Below are positions 30,939 through 44,088 of a stretch of DNA of 64,000 nt, piece by piece; the stretch's first letter is position 1, and each line of letters starts with the position of its first letter. The DNA is from Eledone cirrhosa. Its lineage: Eukaryota. The stretch covers positions 19,158,001 through 19,222,000 of the forward strand of contig OZ024749.1 in NCBI GenBank assembly GCA_964016885.1. Direction: 5' to 3'. Under the pieces are notes generated by a model. It did no database searches. It was not told the DNA's origin and was given only the letters and a program-made list of their open reading frames with translations. The position numbers and the translations under genes are program-made.

Positions 30939-31520
30939 GATATATATATATATTATATATATATATATATATTATATGATATATATATATATTATATATA
31001 TATATATTATATGATATATATATATATTATATATATATATATATATTATATGATATATATATATATTATATACATATATTATATGATATATATATATTAT
31101 ATATATATATATATATTATATGATATATATATATATTATATACATATATTATATGATATATATATATTATATGATATATATATATATATATATTATATGA
31201 TATATATATATATTATATACATATATTATATGATATATATATATTATATGATATATATATATATATATTATATGATATATATATATATATATTATATGAT
31301 ATATATATATATATTATATGATATATATATATATATATTATATGATATATATATATATATATTATATGATATATATATATATATATTATATGATATATAT
31401 ATATATATTATATGATATATATATATATATATATTATGATATATATATATATATATTATATGATATATATATATATATATTATGATATATATATATATAT
31501 TATATGATATATATATTATA

Positions 31521-31571
<51 letters not shown>

Positions 31572-32400
31572 GATATATATATATATATATATATTATATG
31601 ATATATATATATATATATATTATATGATATATATATATATATTATATGATATATATATATATATTATATGATATATATATATTATATGATATATATATAT
31701 ATATTATATATATATATATATATATTATATGATATATATATATATTATATATATATATATATTATATGATATATATATATTATATGATATATATATATAT
31801 TATATGATATATATATATATATTATATGATATATATATATATTATATGATATATATATATATTGATATATATATATTATATGATATATATATATATTATA
31901 TGATATATATATATTATATAATATATATATATATTATATGATATATATATATATATTATGATATATATATATATATTATATGATATATATATATATATTA
32001 TGATATATATATATATATATATTATGATATATATATATATTATATGATATATATATATATATTATGATATATATATATATATATATTATATGATATATAT
32101 ATATATATTATGATATATATATATATTATATGATATATATATATATATTATGATATATATATATATATATATTATATGATATATATATATATTATATATA
32201 TATATATATTATATGATATATATATATATTATATATATATATATATTATATATTATATATATATATATATTATATTATATTATATATATATATTATATTT
32301 ATATATATATATATATATATTATATGATATATATATATATATATTATATGATATATATATATTATATGATATATATATATATATATTATATATATATATA
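30385..32400. repeat. (TA)n array with periodic G (tatgata) and T interruptions
   Basis: Direct inspection. Confidence 0.95.
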
Positions 32401-33555
32401 TAAAGAATGAATAATAACAGGTAGACATCATAAAAAGGTAATTTATTCCGTGTGCTTACAAATGTTTCCATGGTGGTACTACAGCCTAGTTATGCTATGT
32501 ACAAATTTACAAGTATTTGCAATCAAACATCCTAATCACCGTTTTGTGACCACGCTCGCCAACAAGACCTGGCAACTCCGTGAACACAACCAACAGTTCA
32601 CCTTAAAATGGGAGATACTTTCCAGCGAAACTGCATATCGGAGTGGATTTAAGTACTGCAGGTTATGTAACGTTGAACTCTTTTACATATTAAAATCCAA
32701 AAACAAACTACTTAACGATAGAATTGAGCGATCATTATACTGCAACCACAAACTAAAAGCTAAATTCTCTCACTATAAAATAACTTAACATTCGAACCCG
32801 TAACTATAACATCGCTTTCTAGCTAACCACCTTCTCTTCCCCCACACTACAAGACAATACACTGCTTATCACTATAAATGGTAACTCAGTGCAATTCGTA
32901 GATTACTACTACAAACCCAAAGTTCACTCACCACATAAACTTCGTCTGTCCCCTCTCTACCTCTCTCTCTACATCCATTACACTCTCTCGCCTTTGGCCT
33001 ACCTCCCTCTCCACATCTATGAACCTGCCCTCTGGGTCAATAAATAATTCCGACTTTAACTATCAACGCATCTCTCTAAAAGTAACCAGTATAATAAAGC
33101 CCCTACCATAACATTTTGATTAAGATATCTACAAACCACTCTCTCCTACTTCTCCAACCCCTGCATATCTTTCTCTCTTCCTTTTCTACTCTATCTTCCC
33201 CAACAACCCCACTTAAGGGTATTTACATTGTACATTTTACCATTCTGCTCTGAGGATACAGTGGTCACAGCATTGGATATTTGAGTTCTGCAAATACTTG
33301 TAAATTTGCACATAGCATAACTAGGCTGTAGTACCACCGTGGAAACATTTGTAAGCACACGGAATAAATTACATTTTTATGATGTCTACCTGTTATTATT
33401 CATTCTTTATATACACTCCGGAATACAGAAGGATCAGGAACTAAGTTTCTTGAACAATTCTTCAATAACTCGTAGAGTAACCTCTCACCGTACGTCAACC
33501 ATATCCAGTGTAGTAATTAACCATTACTACATCTTGGTTAATCCAATACCTAATA
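32401..33555 (+). mobile_element. 5'-truncated Naiad-type PLE-3: inverted pLTR piece 32401-32522, GIY-YIG C-terminus to 32788, 3' pLTR
   Basis: TTLA...KWEIL...CRLCNVELFYILKS...LLND...CNHK; 32401-32522 is the reverse complement of 33290-33411. Confidence 0.88.
33242..33365 (+). ncRNA. Hammerhead with long branched stem II (PLE-3)
   Basis: attctgct-CTGAGGA-tacagtggt...accaccgtg-GAAA-cattt-GTA-agca...gaat. Confidence 0.8.
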
Positions 33556-33742
33556 TATATATATATATATTATATATATATATGATATATATATATATAT
33601 ATATATGATATATATATATATATGATATATATATATATATATGATATATATATATATATATGATATATATATATATGATATATATATATATATATGATAT
33701 ATATATATATATATATATGATATATATATATATATATATATA

Positions 33743-33781
<39 letters not shown>

Positions 33782-34278
33782 ATATATGATATATATATAT
33801 ATATATATATATATGATATATGATATATATGATATATATATATATATATATATATATGATATATATATATATATGATATATATATATATATATATGATAT
33901 ATATATATATATGATATATATATATATATATATGATATATATATGATATATATATATATATATATGATATATATATATATATATGATATATATATATATA
34001 TGATATATATATATATATATGATATATATATATATATATGATATATATATATATATGATATATATATATGATATATATGATATATATATATATATGATAT
34101 ATATATATATATATATATGATATATATATATATATGATATATATATATATATGATATATATATATGATATATATATATATATATGATATATATATATATA
34201 TATGATATATATATATATATATATGATATATATATATATATGATATATATATATATATATATGATATATATATATATA

Positions 34279-34317
<39 letters not shown>

Positions 34318-34380
34318 ATATATATATATATATGATATATATATATATATATATGATATATATATATATATGATATATAT

Positions 34381-34560
34381 ATCATTTCATTTTACGTCCG
34401 CTTTTCCCTGCTTGCAAGGGTGGGACGGGAACTGATTCTGGCTTGATTTCTACAGCTGGATGCCCTTCCTAACACCAACCTCATTTACAGTGAGTGCTGG
34501 GTGCTTTTTTTGCTGTGGCACCTACACGACCACTTTGCAGTGGAATGATAAGGACCTCAG
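34381..34560 (-). mobile_element. Chimeric RTE 3' fragment (tail of one subfamily joined to UTR of another)
   Basis: 34390-34429 matches 57530-57570; 34430-34540 matches 42417-42520. Confidence 0.7.
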
Positions 34561-34570
34561 TCCCTATCAT

Positions 34571-34714
34571 CTCATTTCTACAGCTGAGTAAACTGGAGCA
34601 ATGTGAAATAAAGTGTCTTGCTCAAGGAAACAACACACCACCCGGTCTGAGAATTGAACTCACAACCTTTCGATTGCAAGGCCAATGCTCTAACCACTAA
34701 GCCATGTGCCTCCA
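34571..34714 (-). mobile_element. tRNA-derived SINE
   Basis: tggcttagtggttagagc (A box), gagttcaattc (B box), ccttgagcaagacactt core. Confidence 0.85.
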
Positions 34715-34796
34715 TATATATATATGATATATATATATATATATATGATATATATATATATATATATATATATGATATATATATATATATATATAT

Positions 34797-34861
<65 letters not shown>

Positions 34862-35116
34862 TATATATATATATATATATATATGATATATATATGATAT
34901 ATATATATACATATATATATATATGATATATATATGATATATATATATATATATATATATAGATATATATATATATATATATATATGATATATAGTAATA
35001 ATAAATTTGAAGACTAAAATCCAAAGAGGGCTCGATAAGGATAAATATATATCAAATATATAAGAACCGTAGATATATATATATATATATTAATAAATAT
35101 ATATATATATATATTA

Positions 35117-35157
<41 letters not shown>

Positions 35158-35471
35158 TAGATATATATATATATATGATATATATATATATATATGATAT
35201 ATATATATATATATGAAATATATATATGTATATGATATATATATATATATATATGAAATATATATATGTATATGAAATATATATACATATATATGATATA
35301 TATATATATATATGATATATATATATATATATGATATATATATATATATATAAATATATATATGATATATAAATATATATATATATGAAATATATATATA
35401 TATATATGATAAAATATTAAAAAAATAATGAATAAAACAATGAAACAGTTCCTTATATTAAACAAAAAAAG

Positions 35472-35625
35472 TTCATTATTTAACGATCGTTTCTAGGATA
35501 TATATGTGTTAGAATTGGCATGCATATTCAACAGATCTATGTACAAAATTATACAAAATTATACAAACTATCAAAATTAAATATACATACCAACACATAT
35601 ATATGCCGTCTTCAGAAATAATGAA
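35472..35625 (-). ncRNA. Hammerhead, PLE-5 inverted copy
   Basis: Reverse complement of 46406-46559. Confidence 0.8.
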
Positions 35626-36233
35626 ATATATTTATTGATAATAACAACAATTCAAAATTACAGGTCTGTTTGGGAACAGAGTTCAAATTGACCGATGAAA
35701 ACACAAAAAGTTTATGCAGTTAGGTGTATGTATATATGTAAGTAACTTCGTTCACAGATATGCACAAAAATATATATGTTCACATGCATACGCATGCCGA
35801 AAAGATGTATGTAAATACAAAAATTCAGGGCTAATGTCTCTGTATGTTTATAATCTACAGATAAAATACGTATACGCATATAAACATATAAATATAAAAA
35901 TAAATATATACACATTCATATACTCACACATATACATACATTCACACACACACGCGCGTATACGCATAAACATACACACAACCACGAACATACATACACA
36001 CACACACCCCCACACACATATATGTGTATATACCATTATCATAAGCATATGGACATTAATGCGCGCACATAAACACTGCCACACATATTTAGATCCAGAT
36101 ACAGAAAGTAGGTGGGGGGGGGGGGAAGAGGTCAGTATTCACTGGTGTCAGCAAACTGCCTATTTATAAATGTAACTATAAATTTAGAAATAAAAAGAAA
36201 AATATTAAGAAAATATATATATATATATATATA

Positions 36234-36345
36234 GGAACCAGTAAGACCCCGACAGCTGAGCTCAAGCCGTTTCGACGGCTAATTCTGGACTAAATGAACA
36301 TTTATCCTGGTATTTAAATAGCCGATCTTCTCAAGGGGTAATTCC
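36234..36345 (-). ncRNA. Hammerhead with U3-A8 core variant (mirror copy)
   Basis: Reverse complement of 37837-37948. Confidence 0.8.
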
Positions 36346-37836
36346 ATATATGGTCAAAGTGATTGTCAAAAATCAGTAGTAATTCTGTGGTTGCAAATTA
36401 GTAGGGGAGATGGTGGCTAAACCTGCCAGTAGGAGAAAGAGGGGAGGGGGTGGAGTAGACCCAATCAAGCGTTGGTAGTGCCAGCTACAGCTGGGCATGA
36501 GGTCAAAGAAGATACAGGGGAGGGGGAGGGGGAGGAAGTCGGAACGGTAGGTAGAACAATGGGGGGTAGAAATAGGAAAGAAAAAATACTGAGAGTGAAG
36601 AAAAGCAAATAAGTGTAAAGAAAAAATTAAATTCTACGACCTAGGTGTCAGGCTATTGTAGGCGAGAATAAAATAAAGAAAGAAAGAAAGAAGTAAATAA
36701 ATAAATAAATAAATAAATAAGGAAATAAGTAAAAGAACTAGGTGGGACGAATTAGGCAAGGACCCTTTTAAGAGGTATAAGTACGTAAATGATACGGTGA
36801 CTGGTCAACAAAAGGGGCCAAAATACTAAAGAGACTACCACGAAATAAACAATAAAGGTTTCCATCCCGGGCCAGCAACGACCCAGTGCAGCAAAGTGAA
36901 CTTGTACGACATAATAATTCTGAGTCCCGAGAAAAATATATACTAATGCTAACCCCCACTCCCCCCTCCCCTAGTCTTTGATAGATTTGGCGGACTCCGC
37001 CCTTTATAGCAGTTGGCTTAGACCCCGGATACTTGCCCCCCTTTTCCGACCGCTCCCACTATTCTCTGTGCCCTCTATATTTCTTAGTGGCACTTATGCC
37101 TTATTTTTTTCGTTTCAGTATTTCTTGCTTCGCTTTTCTTCTGGGCGGGGTGGATTCTGAATTTATTTCTCCGTATTCTACCTTTATTTCGTACGAACTC
37201 TCATGTAGCTTGTTTTAGATCTTTTAGAGTTAGCATTAGTATATATTTTTCTCGGGACTCAGAATTATTATGTCGTACAAGTTCACTTTGCTGCACTGGG
37301 TCGTTGCTGGCCCGGGATGGAAACCTTTATTGTTTATTTCGTGGTAGTCTCTTTAGTATTTTGGCCCCTTTTGTTGACCAGTCACCGTATCATTTACGTA
37401 CTTATACCTCTTAAAAGGGTCCTTGCCTAATTCGTCCCACCTAGTTCTTTTACTTATTTCCTTATTTATTTATTTATTTATTTATTTACTTCTTTCTTTC
37501 TTTCTTTATTTTATTCTCGCCTACAATAGCCTGACACCTAGGTCGTAGAATTTAATTTTTTCTTTACACTTATTTGCTTTTCTTCACTCTCAGTATTTTT
37601 TCTTTCCTATTTCTACCCCCCATTGTTCTACCTACCGTTCCGACTTCCTCCCCCTCCCCCTCCCCTGTATCTTCTTTGACCTCATGCCCAGCTGTAGCTG
37701 GCACTACCAACGCTTGATTGGGTCTACTCCACCCCCTCCCCTCTTTCTCCTACTGGCAGGTTTAGCCACCATCTCCCCTACTAATTTGCAACCACAGAAT
37801 TACTACTGATTTTTGACAATCACTTTGACCATATAT

Positions 37837-37948
37837 GGAATTACCCCTTGAGAAGATCGGCTATTTAAATACCAGGATAAATGTTCATTTAGTCCAGAAT
37901 TAGCCGTCGAAACGGCTTGAGCTCAGCTGTCGGGGTCTTACTGGTTCC
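37837..37948 (+). ncRNA. Type I hammerhead with U3-A8 core variant (UUGAGAA)
   Basis: ggaatt-acccc-TTGAGAA-gatcggcta...tagccgtc-GAAA-cggc ttgagctca gct-GTC-ggggt...ggttcc; three stems and a GUC site. Confidence 0.82.
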
Positions 37949-38027
37949 TATTACCCACTCTACTACCTCAAGTATTGAGTACTTTGGTGCGTTATGGTCC
38001 ACCTGGTTCCTTACCACATTTCCTTCG

Positions 38028-38071
<44 letters not shown>

Positions 38072-38239
38072 AAGTAAAATATAAAATATACATCGATATA
38101 CATACATATACATATATATATATACACATACACTTATATACATATACATACATATACATACACACACCATATAAATACATATACACATACACACACGCAT
38201 ACATATAGAGACACATACATATACACATATATATACATA

Positions 38240-40077
38240 AAGGAGACGCCCTAGATAGGAGTAACTATAGAGGCATTAAATTAATCGACCAGGTCATGAA
38301 GGTCACGGAAAAAGTAATAGCGCAACTAATCAGAGAGAGAATTGACCTAGATGAAATGCAGTTCGGGTTTGTGTCAGGCAAAAGTACCACAGACGCTCTT
38401 TTCATAGTACGACAACTACAGGAGAAGTACCTAGCTAAAGGTAAACCCCTCTACTTAGCTTTTGTCGACTTGGAGAAAGCCTTCGACAGAGTCCCCCGCT
38501 CCATTATCTGGTGGGCTCTTAGAAAACTAGGCGTTGACGAATGGCTTGTGAGGGCTATACAAGCCATGTATAAAGAAACAGTCAGCAAGGTTAGAATTAA
38601 CAACGAATATAGTGAAGAGTTTAGCGTAAAAGTTGGCGTCCATCAGGGCTCTGTTCTCAGCCCACTACTATTTATTATTGCCCTTCAGGCTATAACAGAG
38701 GAGTTCAAGACAGGCTGCCCATGGGAACTCCTATACGCAGACGACCTGACACTCATAGCGGAATCAATGGCCGAGCTAGAGAAGAAATTCCAAACATGGA
38801 AGCACGGCCTAGAGTCAAAAGGACTTAAAATTAACCTGGCTAAGACCAAAGTACTAGTTTGTAGGAAAGAAAACAAGGCGGCGGTCCCTTCTGGGAAATG
38901 GTCGTGCTCGGTGTGTAGGAAAGGCGTAGGTAGAAACTCCATTTTATGTCCTAAATGCAAAGTATGGGTGCATAAAAGATGTAGTGGGATCACAGGTAAG
39001 CTAACTAAGAACATAGATTTTACATGTGGCCGGTGCTCTGGTGCAATAAGTAGCAGCAAGTGCCCACAAAATACTAGCTCTTTCAATTGCGCAGAGGGTT
39101 CTATAGAAATAGTGGACAGCTTCCGTTACCTGGGCGATAAAATCAGCAGTGGGGGAGGGTGCTCTGAAAGTACTGTAGCTAGAGTCAGAACTGGTTAGAA
39201 AAAGTTCAGAGAGCTTATACCACTATTAGCTGCTAAAGGGTTCTCACTAAAAATGAAAGGCAGGTTGTACGATGCCTGCATACGAACAGCAATGCTGCAT
39301 GGCAGTGAGACCTGGGCATTGTGTGCAGAGGATATACGCAGACTAGAGAGGAACGAAGCTTGCATGCTCCGCTGGATGTGTAACAGTAATATACGTGAAC
39401 GGCAAAGCATAAACGAACTAAGGAAAAAATTAGAGATAAGAGGGATCAGATGTTGTTTACTCGAGAGAAGGCTACGTTGGTATAGACACGTGATGCGCAT
39501 GAAAGTCGATAGCTGTATAACAAAGTGCAGGGCAATAGAGATAGACGGTAGTCACGGAATAGGCAGACCTAGAAAAACCTGGGACGAGCTGATAAACTCC
39601 GACATCACACACTTACACCTCTCCAAGACAATGTCACTGGACCGAGACCTTTGGCGGTACTCAGTAACAGAGAAGACCCGCCTTACCTAAATATATAGTA
39701 AAACCTACTCCAGCCAGTAGGCATCTCTAACAAAATACACCCCCCACCCCCCCCCACCCCATCCACACCACCCCGTTCTATGTAAAGTTATGTTGGTGCC
39801 GCGCCATCGAGGCCGAAACAAATGAGATCGTGTAGGTGTCACGACAAAAAAACACACAGTCCACGCTGTAATGTGGCCGTGTAGGCAACACGGTAAAAAC
39901 CTCCCAGACCCACACTGTAAATGTGGTTTGTGTTAGGAAGGGCATCCAACTGTAGAAAACCTGCCAGACAGTCCTATGCGAGCAAGACAATCACTCTTGC
40001 CTCAAGTGGGACTACCCCCGTCCAAACCCATGCAAGCGTGGAACACGGACGTTAAACGTTGATGATGATGATGATGA
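38240..40077 (+). mobile_element. 5'-truncated RTE LINE, subfamily A; ORF 38240-39690 with one in-frame stop at 39196; (GAT)n tail
   Basis: NYRGIKL, QFGF, FVDLEKAFDRV, GVHQGSVLSP, LLYADD, RRLRW...GRPRKTW. Confidence 0.95.
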
Positions 40078-40098
40078 GACATATACATATATACACAC

Positions 40099-40130
<32 letters not shown>

Positions 40131-40155
40131 ATATATATATACATTCACAACACAC

Positions 40156-40204
<49 letters not shown>

Positions 40205-40291
40205 TCTATACACATATATAAACACACTCATGTATATACACACATACACATACATACCCACACATATATATATATATATATATACATATAT

Positions 40292-40328
<37 letters not shown>

Positions 40329-40417
40329 TATATATACACACATACATACACACATATACACATACACACATACAAAGATATATATATATATATATACACA
40401 CACACATATATAATATA

Positions 40418-40456
<39 letters not shown>

Positions 40457-40750
40457 TACACATATATATATATACACATACATACACATACATACTCATA
40501 CATAGACATACATAGACATACATATATACACACACATACACACATACATATACGCATATATACACATGCATACACATACAAACACAACCACACGCTCACA
40601 CAACTCAGACATACATAAATAAAGGGATATACATACACATATATACATATATAAATAGAGATACATATACACATATAAATATATACACGCACACACACAC
40701 ACATATACATACACATACATATACACATACATACATATACACACACATAT

Positions 40751-40828
<78 letters not shown>

Positions 40829-40905
40829 ATAAAGAAATAAAAGAAATAAATAAATTAATACACACAGTCAGACAAATATGCACACACATACATATACACA
40901 TATAT

Positions 40906-40948
<43 letters not shown>

Positions 40949-40990
40949 CATATACATACATATATATATATACACATACACACATCAACT

Positions 40991-41028
<38 letters not shown>

Positions 41029-41112
41029 AAAGTTATATTTAAATTGTTGGGTTACAACTAGTAAATATTTATAACTGATATAAAAGCACTCAACAAGTAT
41101 TTGGAGTATATT

Positions 41113-41406
41113 TACGATACTAAATAAATGGAAACTACATCTACAAAACCACATCTATCTCATCATACATACCTCAGGGGCATCACACTAACAATATGTT
41201 ATGCCCTCCTCAGACAAAATACTGCCAAATCAACTTTTCAAATACAAGTCGATGTTGAACGGTATGTCAAATCTATTTATTTATAAAACTGTCTATATTG
41301 TATTTTGTCTGAAGAAGGCACAACACATCGTCAATATGACATCCCTGAAACATATATAATGAAACAAATATGGCCCTACAAATACAGCCTCCATTCATTC
41401 AATATC

Positions 41407-41409
<3 letters not shown>
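41113..41409 (-). repeat. 110-bp inverted repeat with hammerhead-derived arms nested in the PLE-5 UTR; also at 44250-44521 and 50788-51068
   Basis: Arms 41113-41222 and 41300-41409 differ only by transitions. Confidence 0.9.
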
Positions 41410-41452
<43 letters not shown>

Positions 41453-41584
41453 TCACATATACATGCGCACATACGTACATATATACATATACACACATAT
41501 ACACATAGACGTATATATGCGCATACATATACATACACACATATACCCACATAAATACATAGATACATATATATATATACATAC

Positions 41585-41641
<57 letters not shown>

Positions 41642-42299
41642 ATCATACACCCTTATTTACTTGCGCACATATGTATTTTTATACTCACATACAAACACCC
41701 AAACATACATACCTACCTACATATACATACATACATCCACGCTTACAAATACAAATAATAATAGGGGCGGGGGATTATAGTAAATATAGGTTTCAAGAAA
41801 CATAGAATATTAATCTGCATTTAGATCATAATATGTGTTTACATAGTAGTTTCAGTATTAGGAAATGTAAGAAAGAAGGCAAAATTATGCATTTTAATAT
41901 AAGTAGACTATTAATTATAGGTTAACTAAATTAAAGATAGTTATTATATTGATTTCTAAGGTGTATACTACTTAGGTTTATAATATTTGAAGCGGAATTT
42001 TGAAGTTAAATAGTAGTAGAGTATTAACTATAGTATAACTAAATTAAAATTATTAACGTTATGGTATCAATATTAGGAAATTAATTTAGTAATAGGGAAA
42101 AAAAACAAATAAAGTATTACATCGGTAGTAGAATATAAATTATAGGTTAACTAAATTAAAAATTATATATTAATTTCTATAGTATATGTTAATTAGGTTT
42201 ATAATAATTAAAACAGATATTGTATTTTATCTATAGTAGAATATAATTATAGGTAAACAGAAATTAAAATTAATATATACACACATATATATATACATA

Positions 42300-44088
42300 T
42301 CATCATCATCATCATCATCACCGTTTTACGTCCGTTCTTCCACGCTAGCATGGGTTAGACGGGTTCTCCTGTTGTGGGCAGTGTCTGGTCGGCTGACCAT
42401 GCCTTGCTCATACAGGAACTGATCTGGCTTGATTTCTACAGCTGGATGCCCTTCCTAACACCAACCTCATTTACAGTGAGTGCTGGGTGCTTTTTCGTTG
42501 CACCTACACGTCCACTTTACAGTGTGGGCTGGGTGCTTTTTTGCCGTGGCACCTCCACGACCACCTTGCGGTGGGGGGGGGCATATTGTTTATATGCTTC
42601 AGCATGTACCCATGGGAGGTCGGGTACCCTGTATTACTGCGTGACGCCAGAAGTCACGGTCGTGTGTCATTGACTTTGAGAGGTGTAGTTGGGTAAGGTC
42701 GGCTTTTATCACCTCATCCCAAGTCATCTTGGGTCTCCCCACTCCGCGGTTTCCATAAACTTCTAGTGCTCTGCACCTTTTTATGCAGCTGTCATCCTTC
42801 ATACGCATCACATGTCCATACCAGCGTAACCGCCTCTCCTGCATGCAGCATTTGATTCCTCTTATGCTCAGTCTCTCTCTCAATTCCTCTATGCTTTGTC
42901 GTTCACGTATATTACTGTTACACATCCATCGGAGCATGCAGGCTTCGTTTCTCTCTAATCTACGTAAGTCTTCCACCTTCAGCGCCCAGGTCTCACTACC
43001 ATGCAACATCGCTGTTCGGATACACGCATCATACAGTCTGCCTTTCATTCTGAGGGAGAAGCCTTTTTCAGCTAGCAGTGGTAGTAGTTCCCTAAACTTC
43101 TTCCATCCCGTTCTTACCCTAGTTATTGTACTTTCTGAGCACCCACCTCCGTTGCTAATTCGGTCACCTAGGTAGCAGAAGCTGTCTACTGTTTCTACAG
43201 GGCCCTCCCAGAGATTGGTGGTACTTGTTTCCTGTGGCTGTTTGCTTGCTGTTTCAGCACAGCTGCTGCATGTGAATCCTACATTCTTAATTAAGCTTCC
43301 TGAGATCCCGCTACATCTCTTGTGTACCCATTGTTTGCATTTGGGGCAGAGAATGGAGTTCCTACCTACACCTTTCCTACATACTGAGCAAGGCCATTTC
43401 CCTGAGGGGATCTGGGTTCTGTTTTCTCGTCTACTTATAAGGACCTTAGTCTTTGTCATGTTGACTTTGAGGCCCTTTCTCTCTAGTCCCTGCTTCCAGG
43501 TTTCGAATTTATTCTCTAGTTCTACCATAGATTCAGCTATGAGTGCGAGGTCATCAGCATACAGGAGTTCCCATGGGCATCCGGTCTTGAACTCCTCCGT
43601 TATTGCCTGCAGGACTATGATGAACAGGAGAGGGCTAAGTACAGAGCCCTGGTGGACCCCAACCTGTACGCTAAATTCCTCGCTATACTCATTGCCAATC
43701 CTAACTTTGCTGACTGCTCCCCTATACATGGCTTGTACCGCTTTCACAAGCCATTCATCTACTCCTAGTTTTCTAAGAGCCCACCAGATTACTGCACGTG
43801 GAACTCTGTCAAAGGCTTTCTCAAGGTCGACAAATGCCAAGTAGAGTGGCTTACTTTTAGCTAGGTACTTTTCCTGTAATTGCCTCACAAGGAAGAGGGC
43901 ATCAGTGGTGCCTTTCCCTGGTACAAACCCAAATTGCATCTCGTCTATATTCACCCGGTCCCTAATCAGCTGTGCTATAACTCTTTCTGTTACTTTCATG
44001 ACCTGGTCCATCAACTTTATACCTCTATAGTTTCCTCTATCTAGTGCATCGCCTTTACCTTTGTAGCAGTTGACAATGATGCTACTGC
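42300..44088 (-). mobile_element. 5'-truncated RTE LINE, subfamily B; RT ORF open 44088-42599; (GAT)n tail
   Basis: Complete RT motifs in ORF 42599-44209 (N-terminal ~40 aa are microsatellite read-through). Confidence 0.95.

Larger units (their letters stand above)
36233..38029. mobile_element. PLE-4: non-coding inverted pLTR pair, ~720-bp near-perfect arms (36233-36954, 37229-37950)
   Basis: Arms are reverse complements; hammerhead near each outer end; inserted in (TA)n. Confidence 0.85.

Noticed and set aside
34640-34714. tRNA gene
   Set aside because: A/B boxes present but no cloverleaf; continues into SINE body.
41113-41409. CpG deamination or RIP/APOBEC as cause of the hairpin transitions
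   Set aside because: The in-window outgroup polarises changes as A-to-G/T-to-C (GC gain), opposite to cytosine deamination, and they are confined to the paired region.
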